Assembly (NCBI RefSeq): GCF_009914755.1 | Contig: NC_060931.1 | Length of the DNA stretch: 64,000 nt | Origin: the human T2T-CHM13v2.0 reference genome, Homo sapiens | Direction: 5' to 3' (one strand) | In this document: positions 32,133 through 47,886 of the stretch, piece after piece | Layout of the letters: every line of letters begins with the position of its first letter | Numbering within the stretch: the first letter of the stretch is position 1 | Program-made: the position numbers and the translations under genes | Notes under the pieces: model-generated | Seen by the model: the letters and a program-made list of their open reading frames with translations, nothing else | What the model was told of the DNA's origin: nothing | Database searches by the model: none

Positions 32133-33442
32133 TCACACCGAAACTGTTTATGGCGACCCCCCTCACCCCACACACTGTGAGCTAGTTAGACAGAAGATAA
32201 TGCAATTTACAAATATCTGTGGGTGGCCAGGCCTGATTAGTACATGTAAAAGAAAAGTCATTAGATACACTGTGACTTCAAATAATGAGGCAGAGTAATA
32301 GGATTTGTTTTAATAAGATTTTGAGAGATTAAACCTCCTAAATCTTTGTAGTTCTGTCAGGTAAAGTTAAGGAAACCAGCACTCCACAACATAAACAATG
32401 GTGTTCTATTTAGAACCCCTGCAAAATTAGATGTGATTGGCTTCTCCTAAGACATTGAGTTGTAGTTAGTTGACAGGTTTGTTGGCCAGTAAGCAGTGGT
32501 GCTATGGTGAATAGTGCCCTTTTTGTATTTGTATTCTTTTTGGTACAGATGTATAATCTCATAGAATAATTTCAAATTAATTAGTATTGCAGCTGAACTA
32601 TGTGATGCTATCACAATTTGGGTTAGTGGGTGAATTTAGTAGTTTTGGGTGCTGTTCATTCTTTCTAGCTTAAATCCAAGTAACTGAATATTTAAAAACT
32701 TTCTTTTGTTGATAAAGGTGATACCAGTGGTATGCTAATATGGTGAGGATAATTTTTATTCCTTCCTAAGGATTTTTGTGAGGAATAAAGATGAAAATAA
32801 TTACTCTAAAACATATTGCAAATCTATTAAAATATATCCTATTCATGAAAATTTATACTAATGGCCAGTATCCTTAATGTTACTTAAGTTCATAAGCACT
32901 CATAGTTCAAAGGTTTATTTTTTCTTATTTTGAATATATATTATATGCCATTGAACTCAATTAACATAGTGACAATTTTTATTTTGTTTCATGGTAGAAG
33001 TTGTACCTACAGAAATAAAGGAGTGGAGGTAGGTAGAGAAGGATTAGAATGGGAGGTAGAGCGAGATAATGTAGTGGCTACACGTTTCTTTGCTCCCAAA
33101 TTAAGATATTTGGACTAATTGGAAGACTGAGAAGTTCAGCCTCTCAGCACAGCCCATTGTTTCCCTGCCATCCACTCCTCTGGATGTCAGGAAGAAGTGA
33201 GAGATGGAAAGATGTGTTTGTTTGCTCTCCTCCACATTGTACTTTTTCCTGCTTCCAGGCCTGTCTGTGTGAGGCCTGAACCAGTGTGAAAAAAGAGAGC
33301 TGGAGAAGAACATACATCCTGTCATCTCCCTGCCTTTAGAGTTTTCTAGAACAGTTGCTTCGTAAATTGCAGGGGATTCCCATAAGTCAATAATTTATCC
33401 TGATCTTTCTCAAAAATAAGAGAATTTCAAGATATCTCATTT

Positions 33443-33884
33443 TGAAACCAGCCCAATTGCCCCATAGACTGTTCTTTTTGATAAACATAGAAATTGACCC
33501 TTCTGGCATTAAAAAAGTTGAAACTTATATTTGATTTCTCTTGAGTTCCTTCCTCAGGAAACTACCTTTAGGCCTCTCACACAAAGTACCAAAGAACTGA
33601 AACCAGATCCCTGCACCATATGCCAAGAGATCCCCTCATTCACCATGTTTGCTTCTTTGCCCCTCCCAACTTCCTGGTTTCTTACACATTGTTACATTGC
33701 TTACCTGCTATATAAACTCCTGGTTTAATCAGTCAGGGAGATGGATTTGAGACTGAACTCCCATCTCCTCAGCTACAGCACCTGATTAAAGCCTTCTTCC
33801 TTGGCAATACTTGCCACCTTAGTGATTGGCTTTCAGTGTGGCGAGCAGCAGGACCTAGACCAAACCTCCGGTGTTTCAGTAACA
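33443..33884 (+). mobile_element. LTR26-like ERV1 solo LTR
   Basis: tgaaacc...gtaaca termini, exact 4-bp TSD attt, TATATAAA 33709-33716, ATTAAA 33785-33790. Confidence 0.85.
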
Positions 33885-34082
33885 ATTTAAAAAATAGATT
33901 ATAAAACAAAGGTGGTACAGAAACTATCTTGATAAATCTGTGGTGAAACTGAAAGTAGATTTTTCATTTCCAGATTATCAATTTGGGATTTAGCTGATCA
34001 GGATACCAATTTACAAATTAGCCAATCCAATATATGTGTATGTATACACATACACCCAAAACTTCTTAGTATTTCTTGCTAG

Positions 34083-35049
34083 TGAGGCAGGATATTTCCT
34101 TGACCCCTTAATGGGTCTCGCAACAGGTGCCTTGTTTACTCAGCCTGCTGCTCTCAACTCCTTATGGGAGGGAGTATGCGAGCAAACAAGGTAGGAACTG
34201 GAGTGCATGAGCGCTGGAGTCAGCTGGCCACTTGGGCACTGGCAGGATCAAACTCCACTCAGACCCACTGCCTTCCACCCCTTGTGGGAGGGAGCACCCA
34301 GGTGAGTGGGTACAGGAGCTGGAGTGAGCACTTTTGGGCACTGGTAGGAGCGAACTCTGTGCAGGCCTTGTGGCAGCATCCAGGCAGGATCCCTGCGACT
34401 CCTGAAGCCCCAGGAGGCATGTTACAGTGCCCTTTTAGCTCTGCCATCCACGGATGGCTTAAGTGTTAACAGCTCAGAGGGCCCTCCACCCTTTCACATG
34501 AGGCGGCTGTCCTCTGCCAGTGAGGGCAAAGGGCCAGTGTGACAGCCTTTTGTATCTGCATTCATGGCTCCTGAGCTCTTGTCTGGCACCCAGGAGAAAC
34601 AAGTTTACACAAACGAATTGGATGGTAAATGTGGGGAATTTTTCTTGATGATGAAAGTGGCTCTCAGTGGAAAGGGGAGCTGAAAAGGGGACAGGGGGCT
34701 ATGTAATCTTCCCCTGGAGTCTGGCTGTCTCCAGCCAGATTCTTTTTTGAAGTAATGTCGTCAAGCTGTGTCTCCGAAGTCAAGCCACTTCTCTGCGATG
34801 TCCAGCTGTAGTCTCTGATGTCCAGAGGCTTCTCCTTTCTCTGCTGCCTGAGTCTAGGGTTTTTATAGGCACAGGATGCGGGGTGGGGCAGACCATGGGC
34901 AGTTTAGGAAAAGGGAACATTTGAGTGGGAAAACAGGGATATAAGTTCTCACTTTGGGCCGTGGTTTCAGGTTTTTCAGCTGGAGGGTGGGGCTTTGCCA
35001 TGGACCTGCCCTTTTCTGTCTAGAATTTATCTGCCTCCTGTCCCCATCA
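34083..35049 (-). mobile_element. LTR28/LTR27/MER52-group ERV1 solo LTR
   Basis: GC-rich ~970 bp; minus strand starts tgatggggacaggaggcag...aagccccaccctc and contains cctataaaaacc. Confidence 0.8.
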
Positions 35050-35487
35050 TCAGGAATTCTCAGTGATTTATAAATATTGTCTTATTATTTTCTGTAACAT
35101 CACTTAGAGGAAGGTAGAAGTATAACATATACATCTATGACAGGGTATGGCTAGCACACATATTTATTGAAGATTCTAAAGGACTGTCCTCAAACCAGAG
35201 AAAGAGTCACATTTAGGAATCCAGTAACTCTGCTTTTATGCTACTGCAGACATTGTGTTAAATAGGTGTTATAATGCAAGCCATAATAGCTCCAGATGAC
35301 AATTTCATTGAGTTTAACCATTTAGAATGGATAATATGTTGTAGTAGTAATAATAGTTATTATAGGCTGCATGTGGATTTGCCTCATTTTAAGCAAACCT
35401 GAAAAAAATACCTATGTTATCAAATTTTTGGATTTTTGCCAATGTAATCAGTGTGGGTTTGAGTTCTGTTGTGAAAGAGGTATTGAT

Positions 35488-35552
35488 TTCTTTCTTTTTT
35501 TTTTTTTTTTTTTGAGACAGGGTCTTGCTCTGTCCCCCAGGCTGGAATGTGA
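35488..35552 (-). mobile_element. Severely 5'-truncated Alu
   Basis: Poly(T) followed by gagacagggtcttgctctgtc...ggctggaatg; TSD-like tattgatt on both sides. Confidence 0.8.
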
Positions 35553-36663
35553 TATTGATTGCTAAGAACTATATTTATTAGTGAGATTAGCCCTTTGTGA
35601 TATGAGTTGCAAAAGGTTTTGGATTCTTCACTTAAGTGCTATGCTGGAGTTGTCATTAGAGATTTGTCATTTGTCTCAGAGGTGAAAAGAGCCTTGTAGT
35701 TCAAATCTCTCAATCTATAGATAAGAAAAATTGACCCAGAGACATTAAGCTATTAGCCCAAGAGAGAACAAATCTGATCCCTAAATCTTTTCTAGGAAAC
35801 AAGGTTCCATGTGGCTAGAAGGGACTGAAGGACAGAGAGAAGAACTCATAGGTGCAGCCATGTTCATGTAGTAGTTTTATACAACTGGCATCAAATCCAA
35901 AGCATAGCTTGTAACTCCTTGATGTTGAGAAGGTGCAGCTGGGCATTTTAACAATTTAACAGTAGAATAGAAAAGCAAAGATTTCAAAAACTATAATTAT
36001 GTTTTTACAACTTTAGTTTTAGGAGCATTGCTCATTAGTTGCTAATTAATCCATATATCTGGTGAAACAGATGAATAGCATGTATTTGGTTATCATATAA
36101 GCATTGTGAATCCAAGTTAACATGTTACTTTCATTCTTTCTAATGTAATTATTATGCTATTATCAATTTGTTACCATGCAGTAATCATGCAGTTTTAAGT
36201 TACTGCTTAAAACCCAGAGTGAGGCATAGAAATTTATGTCGAGCTGGACAGAGCTGAATGTCAGCCACATGGTAGCAAGATAGATGCTTTGCATCAGGGT
36301 CATTTCTACTATTATAAAGCTTGAAAAAGGATAGAACAAGAAGAGTCATGGTTGTATGGATGTTGTTATGGGTTTGAATTAGCATATGTAGGACATTCCA
36401 GTACAATTAATAACCACTCAGTTAATTGGTTGGGGTGAATTCTCTTTTAGTGTTTCATTTACCTTATAATTAGCTGTAACTCAGCAATTAAGTCATGACA
36501 CCAGCCCACTGTGACACTGAAGGTTGGAGGATAGTGCTTGGGTGCATTCTGCTCATATTAAGTCAGAGTTGTTGGTTTCCTAAGTGCCTCTCATTCTCTT
36601 TTAGGTTCTTCAATAAATCTATGTGTTATTCATATGTAGTCACAAATGCACTGAAACAAATGC

Positions 36664-37031
36664 CGTCTGCCCCAAGAATCTGCAGATTCCACATCTGCAG
36701 ATTCATTCAGTCAATGGCATATTGAAAATAATATTCTGAAAAAAATGCATGGTTGCGTCTGTACTAAACATGGATAGCATTTGTTTTTTACTCATTACTC
36801 CCTAAACAATAGAGTAAAACAATAGAGTAAATGCTATTTATGTAGCATTTATATTGTATTAGGTATTATGAGTAATCTAGATATGGTTTAAAGTATACAG
36901 GAGGATGTGCATAAGTTATAAGCAAATACTATGACATTTTATGTAACAGACTTGAGCATCCTCTGCTTTTGGGGTCCACAGGGTGAGGGGATTCCTAGAA
37001 CCAGTCCTCCATGGGTATTGAGGGACAACTA
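36664..37031 (-). mobile_element. MER2/Tigger3-type non-autonomous DNA element
   Basis: gcatttatattgtattaggtattat...agtaatctaga...gacttgagcatcc...gagggacaact. Confidence 0.82.
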
Positions 37032-37508
37032 TAATTTCATACAGGATTTTGTGATTGTAGCAAACTGTAAAAATTGTTTCATGTTCATGTACTATCTTTC
37101 TAAAACTAGAATTCAGGTTACATATACACATATAAATACTTTTTCTCATTGGTTCTTTTAGAAAAACTTTTTAAGACAGGAGGATTTTCTTCTTGATGTT
37201 GTTGCTGCTATTATTCTGTCAACTTATTCTTAAATAACTTGTTTTAACTGAAATAAAACTGAAATATTTTTTGAAAATTCCCCTAAATTCCTGCTTTAGA
37301 AAATAGCCTGTATTGTTTGTTTTTAAAGCTATATATGCTTTTATTTGTTACCAAAATAAAACAAGTGTGTTTAAAAATATTTAAGACTAGAGAAAATGGA
37401 AAAAGTGTGTAAAATAAAAGTTCCATGTAATTCTATCCTCCAAAGACAACTACTTAATGGATTCTAGTTTTATGTCATGCTTAAGAAACCTTTTCTTCCA
37501 CTGATTAA

Positions 37509-37874
<366 letters not shown>

Positions 37875-39462
37875 TTGTCATTCCATTTTTCAGTGATACA
37901 TGTTACAGAAACTGTCCTTATGTTTGTGTACCTATACAGATAGCTAACGTATCATCTATACACTTTAAACAAAAGATGTCAAACTACACACACTTATATA
38001 ATTTGCTTTCTAAACTAAAATGGAGTGATCATTTTCCTGTCATTTATAACTTGATTTTTAATGGCTGCATACTATTCTATCATATAGATATTTAATATTT
38101 AACCATTTTTCTTGTTGTATATTTAGTTTTTAGGTTTTTTTGCTTTTGCAAATAATATATTTATAGATATATTTTTGCTGAATATCCTTGAAGATAAATA
38201 TTTTTACATGCCTATTATTATCTCCTTAGGCTAAATTCCCACGTGTGTAGTGATTTTTAAAGAACAACAAAAATATGCTCAATTCACATGTATGAACTTA
38301 TGGGATTGATGAGTGGATGAGAAAGAACCCATCAGATTTTCAGAATGACTTCAGCAAGTAAATTTGAAGATTCCAAATTTCAGGCTTTTAATTTAAATAG
38401 ATAATCTAGCTTTAAACATTCTGCATTTAGGTACTTAAATATTTTGGTTGAATATATATTAATAATCACCATATTTGTGCAGAGGAAGCCTATTGTGCAT
38501 ATTTTAATACCAACCTTATTTATGCCATTGAGTTTTCTATCCATTGATTTTTTGGAACTGTGTATATCACACCAAAATCCAAATCCAAAGTGAAAAAGAT
38601 AGTCAAACACAGGTGTTGTGGGATACACAAAAACAAGCAAAACTAGATTTTCTTGGAGAAAAAGGGTATGATGACTTCCCAGGATGCTTTAAATTTCTTT
38701 CTTGTTTTTAGCTGACCTCACTCTAGGAAGAGAAAATAAATTATATTAGTTATTTTATTTCCAAATAAAAGCAAAAATTATAACTTGAAAATATAAAAGG
38801 GTATTACCTCAAATGTTGATTAAAACAATAGTTATATGACTAGAATAAAATTTGGACTTTAACATGTAGAAACTGTAATAGCTACTGTTTAGTGTGCTCA
38901 TAGTAGGTACCTAACATGGCCCTAAGAACTTCTTCTCATTCTTATTAATCTTTATTAAGGCCAGGATAATAATATATGCATGGCAGGTCTGAATGCTTCA
39001 ATTTTAAATGCTTCTCAAATTATTCATCTTTTTGATGTTTTAGATCCAGGAAACCTTTGGATGCCTCCCCACAATTTATTAAATTTTTTCAATGTGTTAA
39101 TCATTTCCTTTATTATTTTTATAGAAATTATTTTAAGTGTGATTTGGCACGACCTGTAGCAGAAATTTTAATCATTTCATTCATCTTTTTACTATCATAG
39201 TTTATCTGAGACATAATGATTTTTATGACTTCAATGACACCTGAAATGAAACCAGTACTCTAAAGTAGTTTTTGTTTAACATGATTTGATTCTTTTAGAA
39301 TTTATGTTTTGCCAGAGTGAATGAGGAATTCAGATATAATAGTGACTGTACAGTAATGAGTTTCATTTCTAGCTAGCTATTTTTATCCAAGGAATTGGTA
39401 TTCTCTAAAATGACAATTGTAAAAGATGACTAAAATTATTTTTGAAACATTTTTAGACTTGA

Positions 39463-39907
39463 TATACCAGGGTTCCACTAGAGAAACAGAATCAGTAGGC
39501 TACACACACATACACTGAGACAGACAGAGAGAAATAGAGATTGAGAGAGAGAGAGAGAGAGAGGCAATGAGTTGGGTTCCAGGATTTTGGGGGCTGGCTA
39601 GGCAAGTCTGAAATGGGTAGGGTGGGCCATTAATCAGGAAGGGCAGGCTGGAACTCTTGTGTCTAAGCTGAAGCGGCTGTCTGCAGGTCAGATTTCTTTA
39701 TCAGAGAAGCCTCAGCTCTGCTGTTAAGGCCTTTGAATGGATTGAACCAGGCCCACCCAGATTATCTAGGATAATCTTTACTTAAAGTCAATGGATTGTG
39801 TATTTTAATCACATCTACAAAATACCTTCACAGCAATACTTAGTGTTTGGTTTAATAGCTAGGGGCAGTAGTCTACCCAAGTTGACACACAAAATCTCAC
39901 CATCACA
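39463..39907 (-). mobile_element. Older MLT2 (D/E/F-like) ERVL solo LTR with internal (GA)n
   Basis: cagggttccactagagaaacagaa...caagttgacacac...ccatcaca; TSD cttga. Confidence 0.82.
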
Positions 39908-40341
39908 CTTGATATCTGAACCAGTTCAATGCTCATATAGAAACACCCACTTCATTAATAGGTAGTTATAATTTATCCATGATAAAAACCAGAAATACCC
40001 AATTTGACTACTTAATGCTGGTACTAGTTTGGGCTATACACAGTTTGCATGTTACAAAAAGTAAATCTACCCTTGAAATAATAATATTTACCAGAGTTGA
40101 GAATATTGAAAAGAAGGTATGCTAGGCTATATTTAGGATTTTTATAAAGTTTCGAGGAATGGCAGCATCATTGGGATACTGATCGACTTCCCAAATGATG
40201 TAACTGGACAAACGGTCATTTAAACCTGTGCTTCTTAAGCGGGGCTCATAACTCCCCTGAAATATATTCTTATTTTCTTCTGCCATTAGAAGGACTTTAG
40301 TAGAAAATACCAGAGAAGCATTGCTTTTATTTAAGGTAAAC

Positions 40342-40559
40342 CAGGGGTCAGCAAACCCTTTTCTGTAAAGAGCCAGACAGTAAATATTTTCAGCTTTGCA
40401 GGCTGTACAGTTTGTTACACTATTTAACTCAGCTGTTGTAGCATGAAAGCAGTCATAGACATTACATAAACTAACAAGCACGGCTGTGTTTATAAAATGT
40501 ATTTACTAACACAGGCAGTGGGCTGGATTTTGCCTGCAGACTGCATTTTCCTATCCCTG
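40342..40559 (+). mobile_element. MER58A (hAT-Charlie MITE)
   Basis: caggggtcagcaaac...tgtaaagagccagacagtaaatatttt...ccctg. Confidence 0.85.
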
Positions 40560-40689
40560 ATGTAGACAGGTCTGGTGTGTTGGTTAAATAGTCGCTCTGT
40601 TTGTAATACCATACATATCTAGTGACAGGATGTATTTCAGCACAGTTTAGGAATTGGTCAACTATTGAACACCTTCCATTTTTCTGCTA

Positions 40690-41208
<519 letters not shown>

Positions 41209-42129
41209 ACATTTCTCTGCTATTTTAATAAGAACATAGAATAGAATAAGTATAGGAATGGGGTAGTGTTCAATCTATTAGGGGATTAAAGCTATTATAT
41301 ATAAAATTATTAGCACACAATATAGAGTTATGATATATATTTTATATGATTATATAGCATGACTTATTAAATATATGTAATGAAGCATATTCTCTTAATT
41401 CTCAAGAAAGAAAAAAAGTAAGCATTCATGTTTGTTTTGTGGCTCAGCACAGAAGCTAGGCCAGGTGCAGAGATTTCCTTGTGAGCATATGGAGGCAGCA
41501 CTAAGGCAAGCTGGTGGCTGCCAACTTCCTGGCTTTGGTTCCGCCTCCCATCTCCTCCTTATTAACAAACGACAATAATCAAAGAAAAAGGAAGCTGAAA
41601 CATTATTTGAGCATGTATGTAGAGGACATAGGCATTTGGTAGAATATCATAGACATCCAAATACTTGAGTCTGAGATTCTAAATTCAGTAGCAAAAATGC
41701 TACTTTTTACTCTAACACTATGTAGTCAATCATAGTTCAGGCACAGGCTAAGAAACCAGCAGATTTTCCAATTCCTAGAAAAATGACCTAGGGAATAGCA
41801 CTTACCATCTTTAGGTATTAGTTTCTTCATCTGTTTTAGTCATGCCTTGTGTTAGTGATCTTTAAGCTGGAGCAGATCAATTCCCATGTGTTAGAAAGAT
41901 GACTCAGGTGGCAGTGTAGAGTTTGGGTTAGATTGGGTGCTGAGAGATGGCATCTAGGAGACAGGTTGGGGGGATATGATCATCCAGGTAAGAAAAAGGA
42001 AGATTGGACCACTGAGGGCAACACAGATGGAAAGAAATCCAACTGGAAATACCTGTGAACACATGCTTGGGTACAAGCTTTATGTGAACCCAGGGTGAGT
42101 AATGCTGTGGGATCCTTCCAGTGTAAGAA

Positions 42130-42395
42130 GCCCTTAGAACAATGGTTAGGAACTCAGGCTTCAGCACCAGTTGTACCTGAATTCATATCCTGGGTCTGCC
42201 ACTGTCTATCTGCGTGACTTTGGACAAGTGACTTAAGTGATTTAATCTTCACTTTCTTATCTCTAGATACAGACAGGATAATAACACAAAGTTGTGAAAA
42301 TTTACTAAGACACCATGTAAAGCATTTAGCCCATTGCTGGTTGTTTTATGAAGATTCTATGAGTGTTTGCTGCCATTATTATTATTCATTATTAT
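42130..42395 (+). mobile_element. MIR
   Basis: tgtctatctgcgtgactttggacaagtgactta...atgtaaagcatttag. Confidence 0.7.
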
Positions 42396-45239
42396 TATTT
42401 GTGGGAGGAAGTAAAGTTCAAGTACCAATAATAATTTTCAACCATTACAAATTGTGATTATATAAAAGTTTTAAAAATTTCTCAGGAACCAGGGAGCATT
42501 CTATTTTTCATTCTAATTTGAGAATAAAATTATATTTTATGTTTTTACTTTTCTCAAAAGCGGTAGGAGCAAATCAGTTTTAGGTTGTCATTTTTTCTGT
42601 TTCCAGGTTTTTAGAACAGTAGATACCTGTTCTCTGTAATTTGGTATGTCTATCTGTGTAATGCTTAAGTCAGTCCTGGCGCTTGTTCCTAAGAAAAGGA
42701 AAATAAGAGGCAAATACATATTGATTCTGTACAAGAAAAAGAATAAAGGAAGGGAGAAAAACACCAAACGTCACTAGTGCTCTGTGACAGAAGAGAAAAA
42801 GGTTGTGTTTCATAATACACTGAGGTAGACTTTATATTAAAAACATACTCTCCCCAATACTCTGCAAGTTGGATTTTTTTGAATATTTCTTTTCATCAGC
42901 TAGGTTCTTATTTTATTTTATTTTCTCTGCAGCTGTTGGTCTGTCTCATGTTACATTCCCATCATTTATGTATCTGGTTTTGCCTGTGATGAAGCTGAGA
43001 AATGTCTCATTTTAATGGTTTCTGTGTTTTGTGTCTGTCTGTTTTCCAGTTTTGGGGAGACATTTAAACCAGTAGTCATGTCATCTCATGTAATGACATG
43101 CCTCTCTGCTTATTCTCCCTTCTGTTACCAAACAATATTTATGGCTAGCGTCTGTATGCATGTGTGCGATGACTATTTGCTATACAGTTGCCTAGAGCAC
43201 TGTGAAACTCCACATGTTCAATGGAGTGATTTCTTTTTGTTTTTCTGCATGCTATCAAGTACTCTCAAAGTGTTCCTTCGGCTTTTTGCATGAAAGATAG
43301 CTAGAGGATAGAAAGGGACATTCCAGTAAATTCTACTTTGTAGCAAATTGAATATAGAGGTTTTTCTTCCAGTAATGTTTTCCTCCCGATTTTTATGTAG
43401 AAAGTGTTTTGTTAAAATTCTGGAAATGAAACTCAGAAAGGAAATTAAAAGAAAAGGGAAGAATTGCATCAATTATGACAGATAAGAGATTAACGTACTT
43501 ACTAAGAGCTTTTATAAATTAGTGCCATTCCAATAGAAAAAAAGGCAACACGAACTAGTAATTAAATTAAATTTAAAAAATTAATTAAAGCATTAAAAAC
43601 TAGAGAAAATAGACATAGAATTTTAAGCCTAGCTAGTAATCAAATAACCAAACTTCCCTCCTCTCCCCTCCCCTCTCTTCCCTTCTTCTCCCTCCCCCTT
43701 GTTTTCTTTTCCTTTCTTTTTTCTTTTCTTTCTTGAGCAGGGGCAGGGAGGAATGGTTTCTTTCTTTTTTTTGTTTTATTTTCTGTATTTTAAAAAATGT
43801 TTTGGGAAAACAACTTTGAAAAGCAAAAGCAATCTCCATCCATTTTGGGGATACACATTTGTTTGTTTCTATAGTAACATGATGGTTGGCCTTCCAGTGG
43901 TAATACTCATTTGTAATACAACTGGGCCAGAGGTACCTTCTGAGTTCATGGCACAGGATTTCTTAGAGTGAGGTTGACTGACTCATTCAAACCTAGGACT
44001 GTAGCTTCATTAACCTTGAGTTTTAACCAATTACTGATCCACCTCAAGAAACATTGTCTGCATTCTAAGGATCTAGGCGTTAGACAATTGCTAATTAAAA
44101 ACATGAAATTTCTTTCTTTTTCCTTCTGCATTACAGATGAATAGATTATTCACCATGAGGGATGACCATTTTGGACACTATTTGAGATAATAAGAATAGA
44201 TGTTTAAGAGGGGAAAATGCCATTTACATGGGCTAGGAGCATTTTTATTAGGGATGAATTTAGCTTGAGATTTGTTTGGTAACAAAAAGCACCTGGAATT
44301 TAGATGCATCTTTTAATAGATTTTTTTTTTAAACTGGCTTGCCAATATTTGAAAATATCAGTGCTCCAGTTTCCACCGACTGTTACCCGTAGACATTACG
44401 TAAAGCCAGATGCATTTGTGATTTAACCGGAGTTCACAGCCCAGGACCTGAGGAGATAATTTTAGGTACTTTCTGGAAAAATAACTGGTCCTTAGGTACA
44501 AATGCAAAGCCAAACGTAGTTATTGGAATTGAAAATAATAAAGCCAAGGGCTTATTTTGGACAACCATGCAGCTGGAGCAGCTGAATACTAAAATAGTGG
44601 CCTGTGTGGTGGTTTCCCCTGTGGCTTCTTATCTCCGTGGGTTACACACCCTCACCCAGGGGAAGACAGCCTTCTTAATGCAGCTTGCAGCAGGCCTTCT
44701 TTTGCGGGGCAGATTTTCCTCAGAAGAGAAGTACATTAGTCATTGAACTGTTAGAGAATATAATGAAAAGAAAAACCTAACTTTGGATCAGATTTGAATT
44801 TTACTACCCCATGGCCTGTAGCTGCTTCTCTGACTCAATATATTATCTTCCTTTAAGGCAAACTATTTAGTTTTCAGTTAGTAGAGGGTTTCAAAACAAA
44901 GCAAGTAGATTAATAAAAAGTGTAAAAATCAGAATAAATAGAATAGAAAATAGATTTATTTTTATTTTGTCATGTAATCTCGGCTGATAAAACAGGAATA
45001 TACATATGTGTGTAGTGGTCAGTTTCAAAATCATGCCAGTTAAAGTTCTCTGTGTTTTAATTTTTCTTAAAGGCATATATAAAAAAGAATCTCAGAGAAA
45101 GGAGACACATTCATAATGATTAACCATACATACATCTTTAAAAGTTTGGTGTAAGAATGAACCAGTATTATACTTCATAGAAGGGCTGATTGTTCTTGCA
45201 GCAGAAAAAAGATATGAGTTTTATTCATAATTTACTTAC

Positions 45240-46060
45240 TAACTCATTCAATGCCATTTATCTTTAACTTAAGTCACACTTAATGATAAATGCTCTCCTC
45301 TTTACTGCCAGACTGCCTGTAGAAGTAGCTGAGCTGGCTGCCTTAATTTCCTTACTATTCACTGTCTTTAATCACTTCAAATTTGACTTTGGCCCCACTT
45401 CACCAACATGCCCAGACTCTCGCCCTTTATGTCACATTGGGAAAGCCACATCCTGTTGAATTTAACTCTGCAACATCTGATATGCTCAACTCCCCTCTCT
45501 GGTGGTATTATAGGCGCTCCCCTCTGAAATAATTCCCGCAGCTGCACATTTTACACACTCTACCCCATTGCTACCAGATGTGTCTGTCTTTGTCACATCT
45601 CTGGTTATGAATGGTATCTTCTTTCTGCCTGCTATATGAAGTCCACTTTTCTTGGCTTGGCATTTGAGCCAGCATTCTCTCCCACTGCTTCTCATCCGCC
45701 CTGTTTTCCAATCCAATTCCTTTATGTATGCTGTGATATCTACCTAGAGTCCATACTCTCTCTTCTTTCCTCTCTAATCTCATGTTCAAAGCTTATCCTT
45801 CTTTCCAAGCCCAGAAGGAAGGACATCCCATTCATTAACCTTCTCTAACCCTCCTAGCTGGAAGTAATGTTTACTTCCTCTAGATTTTATCTGTACTTCT
45901 CTTCTGAGATGTTTCATATTCTGTGTTATTTGTGTAGCCATCTCATTTTCCTGTCTCAAGGGTAGGATCAGTCTCATTATCATGTTATTTTCTGCCCCCA
46001 GTGTCTAGTTCAGTGTATGATACTTTTTATAAGCTAAATATATTTTAGATATTAATAAAT
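45240..46060 (+). mobile_element. Degenerate L2 fragments
   Basis: Pyrimidine-rich L2-like body ending cccagtgtctagttcagtg...aaatatatt. Confidence 0.5.
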
Positions 46061-46829
46061 GTAGAGCATATATGAAAGATGTTTTAGAATATAGATGTTA
46101 TTCCGTTATACTTGTTAATATTCTTCTTACATTTCTTAGTTATTTCCATGCATTTTAGATTTAACAATTATCTGTTCAAACAGTTGATTATTGTGAGTAT
46201 TTTGAACCCTTTTATTAGGTTCCAGCACATTAAGTAACGAATTGCCGTATTCAGCTTTGTAGCATGTAATCTTCCAAATCTTACTATTAAAGTTTCTGTA
46301 ATATTTTTTGGTATAACTTCCAGTATAGGAAGAGTAAATGAGAAGCTAGTGAACAAATTCCCCTTAAGATAATGGAAAAGTCCTAGCACATTTTGCATGG
46401 CTGATGCTGTGAAGAGCCCTTTGGAGTACTCCAGTATGAAGACAAGAACAAATGGGAGTGTCCTTTTATACCACTCACTCCAGCCACCCCATAAGAGCAT
46501 GTAATAGCTCTCTACAGTGACACTGCACCTTGCAAGAACTGAGCAATCCAAACATTTCAATTCCCCAGAGCACCAAGCACTAAGTAAGAAAAAAAGGCCA
46601 GTGCGTATAGTACATACAGATAAGCATAAAATAATTACCAAGGGAAGGCCTTACCTTTGGCCCTCAAACACAGCTGTTATTTTACGTAGTTCCAGTGCAC
46701 ATCTTTTAGGGCTGTACTTAGCACCCTTCTCAAGGAAACATTCCTTTATGCACACTCTGTCACTCACTCCATCCAGCCCATGGCTGAGTTAAGAGTACTA
46801 GCTCTATATTTCCAGCAACACCAGAATTA

Positions 46830-46985
46830 TAATTGCCTGCCAATTTGTCTCCATGTCTGCTTCTCCCACAAAACCTAGAGCTCCTTGAGGATAAGAACTA
46901 TGTATATATCATATATCTTTGTATCACCAGTGTTTTACATAGTACCTGGCCACACGTTGAATATGAATATCTATTGAATGGCCAA
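46830..46985 (+). mobile_element. L2 3' end
   Basis: gagctccttgagga...ctttgtatcaccagtg...cctggc...ttgaatg. Confidence 0.65.
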
Positions 46986-47131
46986 AGCTGGTCATGCGCC
47001 TTTGAAATCACAACAGATTTTTAAGTAGCACATTGAGGAGAAAAGGCAGTTTGAAGCAGGTACACAACAAATAATAATAGTTAATATCTGATAGTGTGTC
47101 AGGTGACAAAAATAACATGAAGAAGACTTAA

Positions 47132-47519
<388 letters not shown>

Positions 47520-47886
47520 TCAACAGTTTTTTAAAAAACTTTCTTGCATGCTAACACAGTACTGTAGTTTACATTCATTTTGATGACTTAGAGTTACCAG
47601 TCAAAGATTGAAATATGTTCTGGCCATTCTTTTTAAGGGTGAAGTCAAGTATGTAATGCATTTTGGAAAGATTCCGTTGTGAAATTGTTTTTAAAAGTGT
47701 CTGGTTTAATAGGATAAAACCTTAACTATCCCACATGACTAATTTCTGAGGGTTCTACATAGCCATAGTCTTGCTATATGAGGATAATATAAGTATATCT
47801 GGGACCATCTTGATTTATTAATGTGTAGTAGTCATTGAGTCTTCCTAATATGGACTTCAGACTGTACAGGTAGTCTAAGGATAGAA

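Noticed and set aside
46168-46641. 157-aa minus-strand ORF, the longest outside recognised repeats
   Set aside because: Non-ATG start, no recognisable domain, and compatible with chance across six frames of 64 kb.
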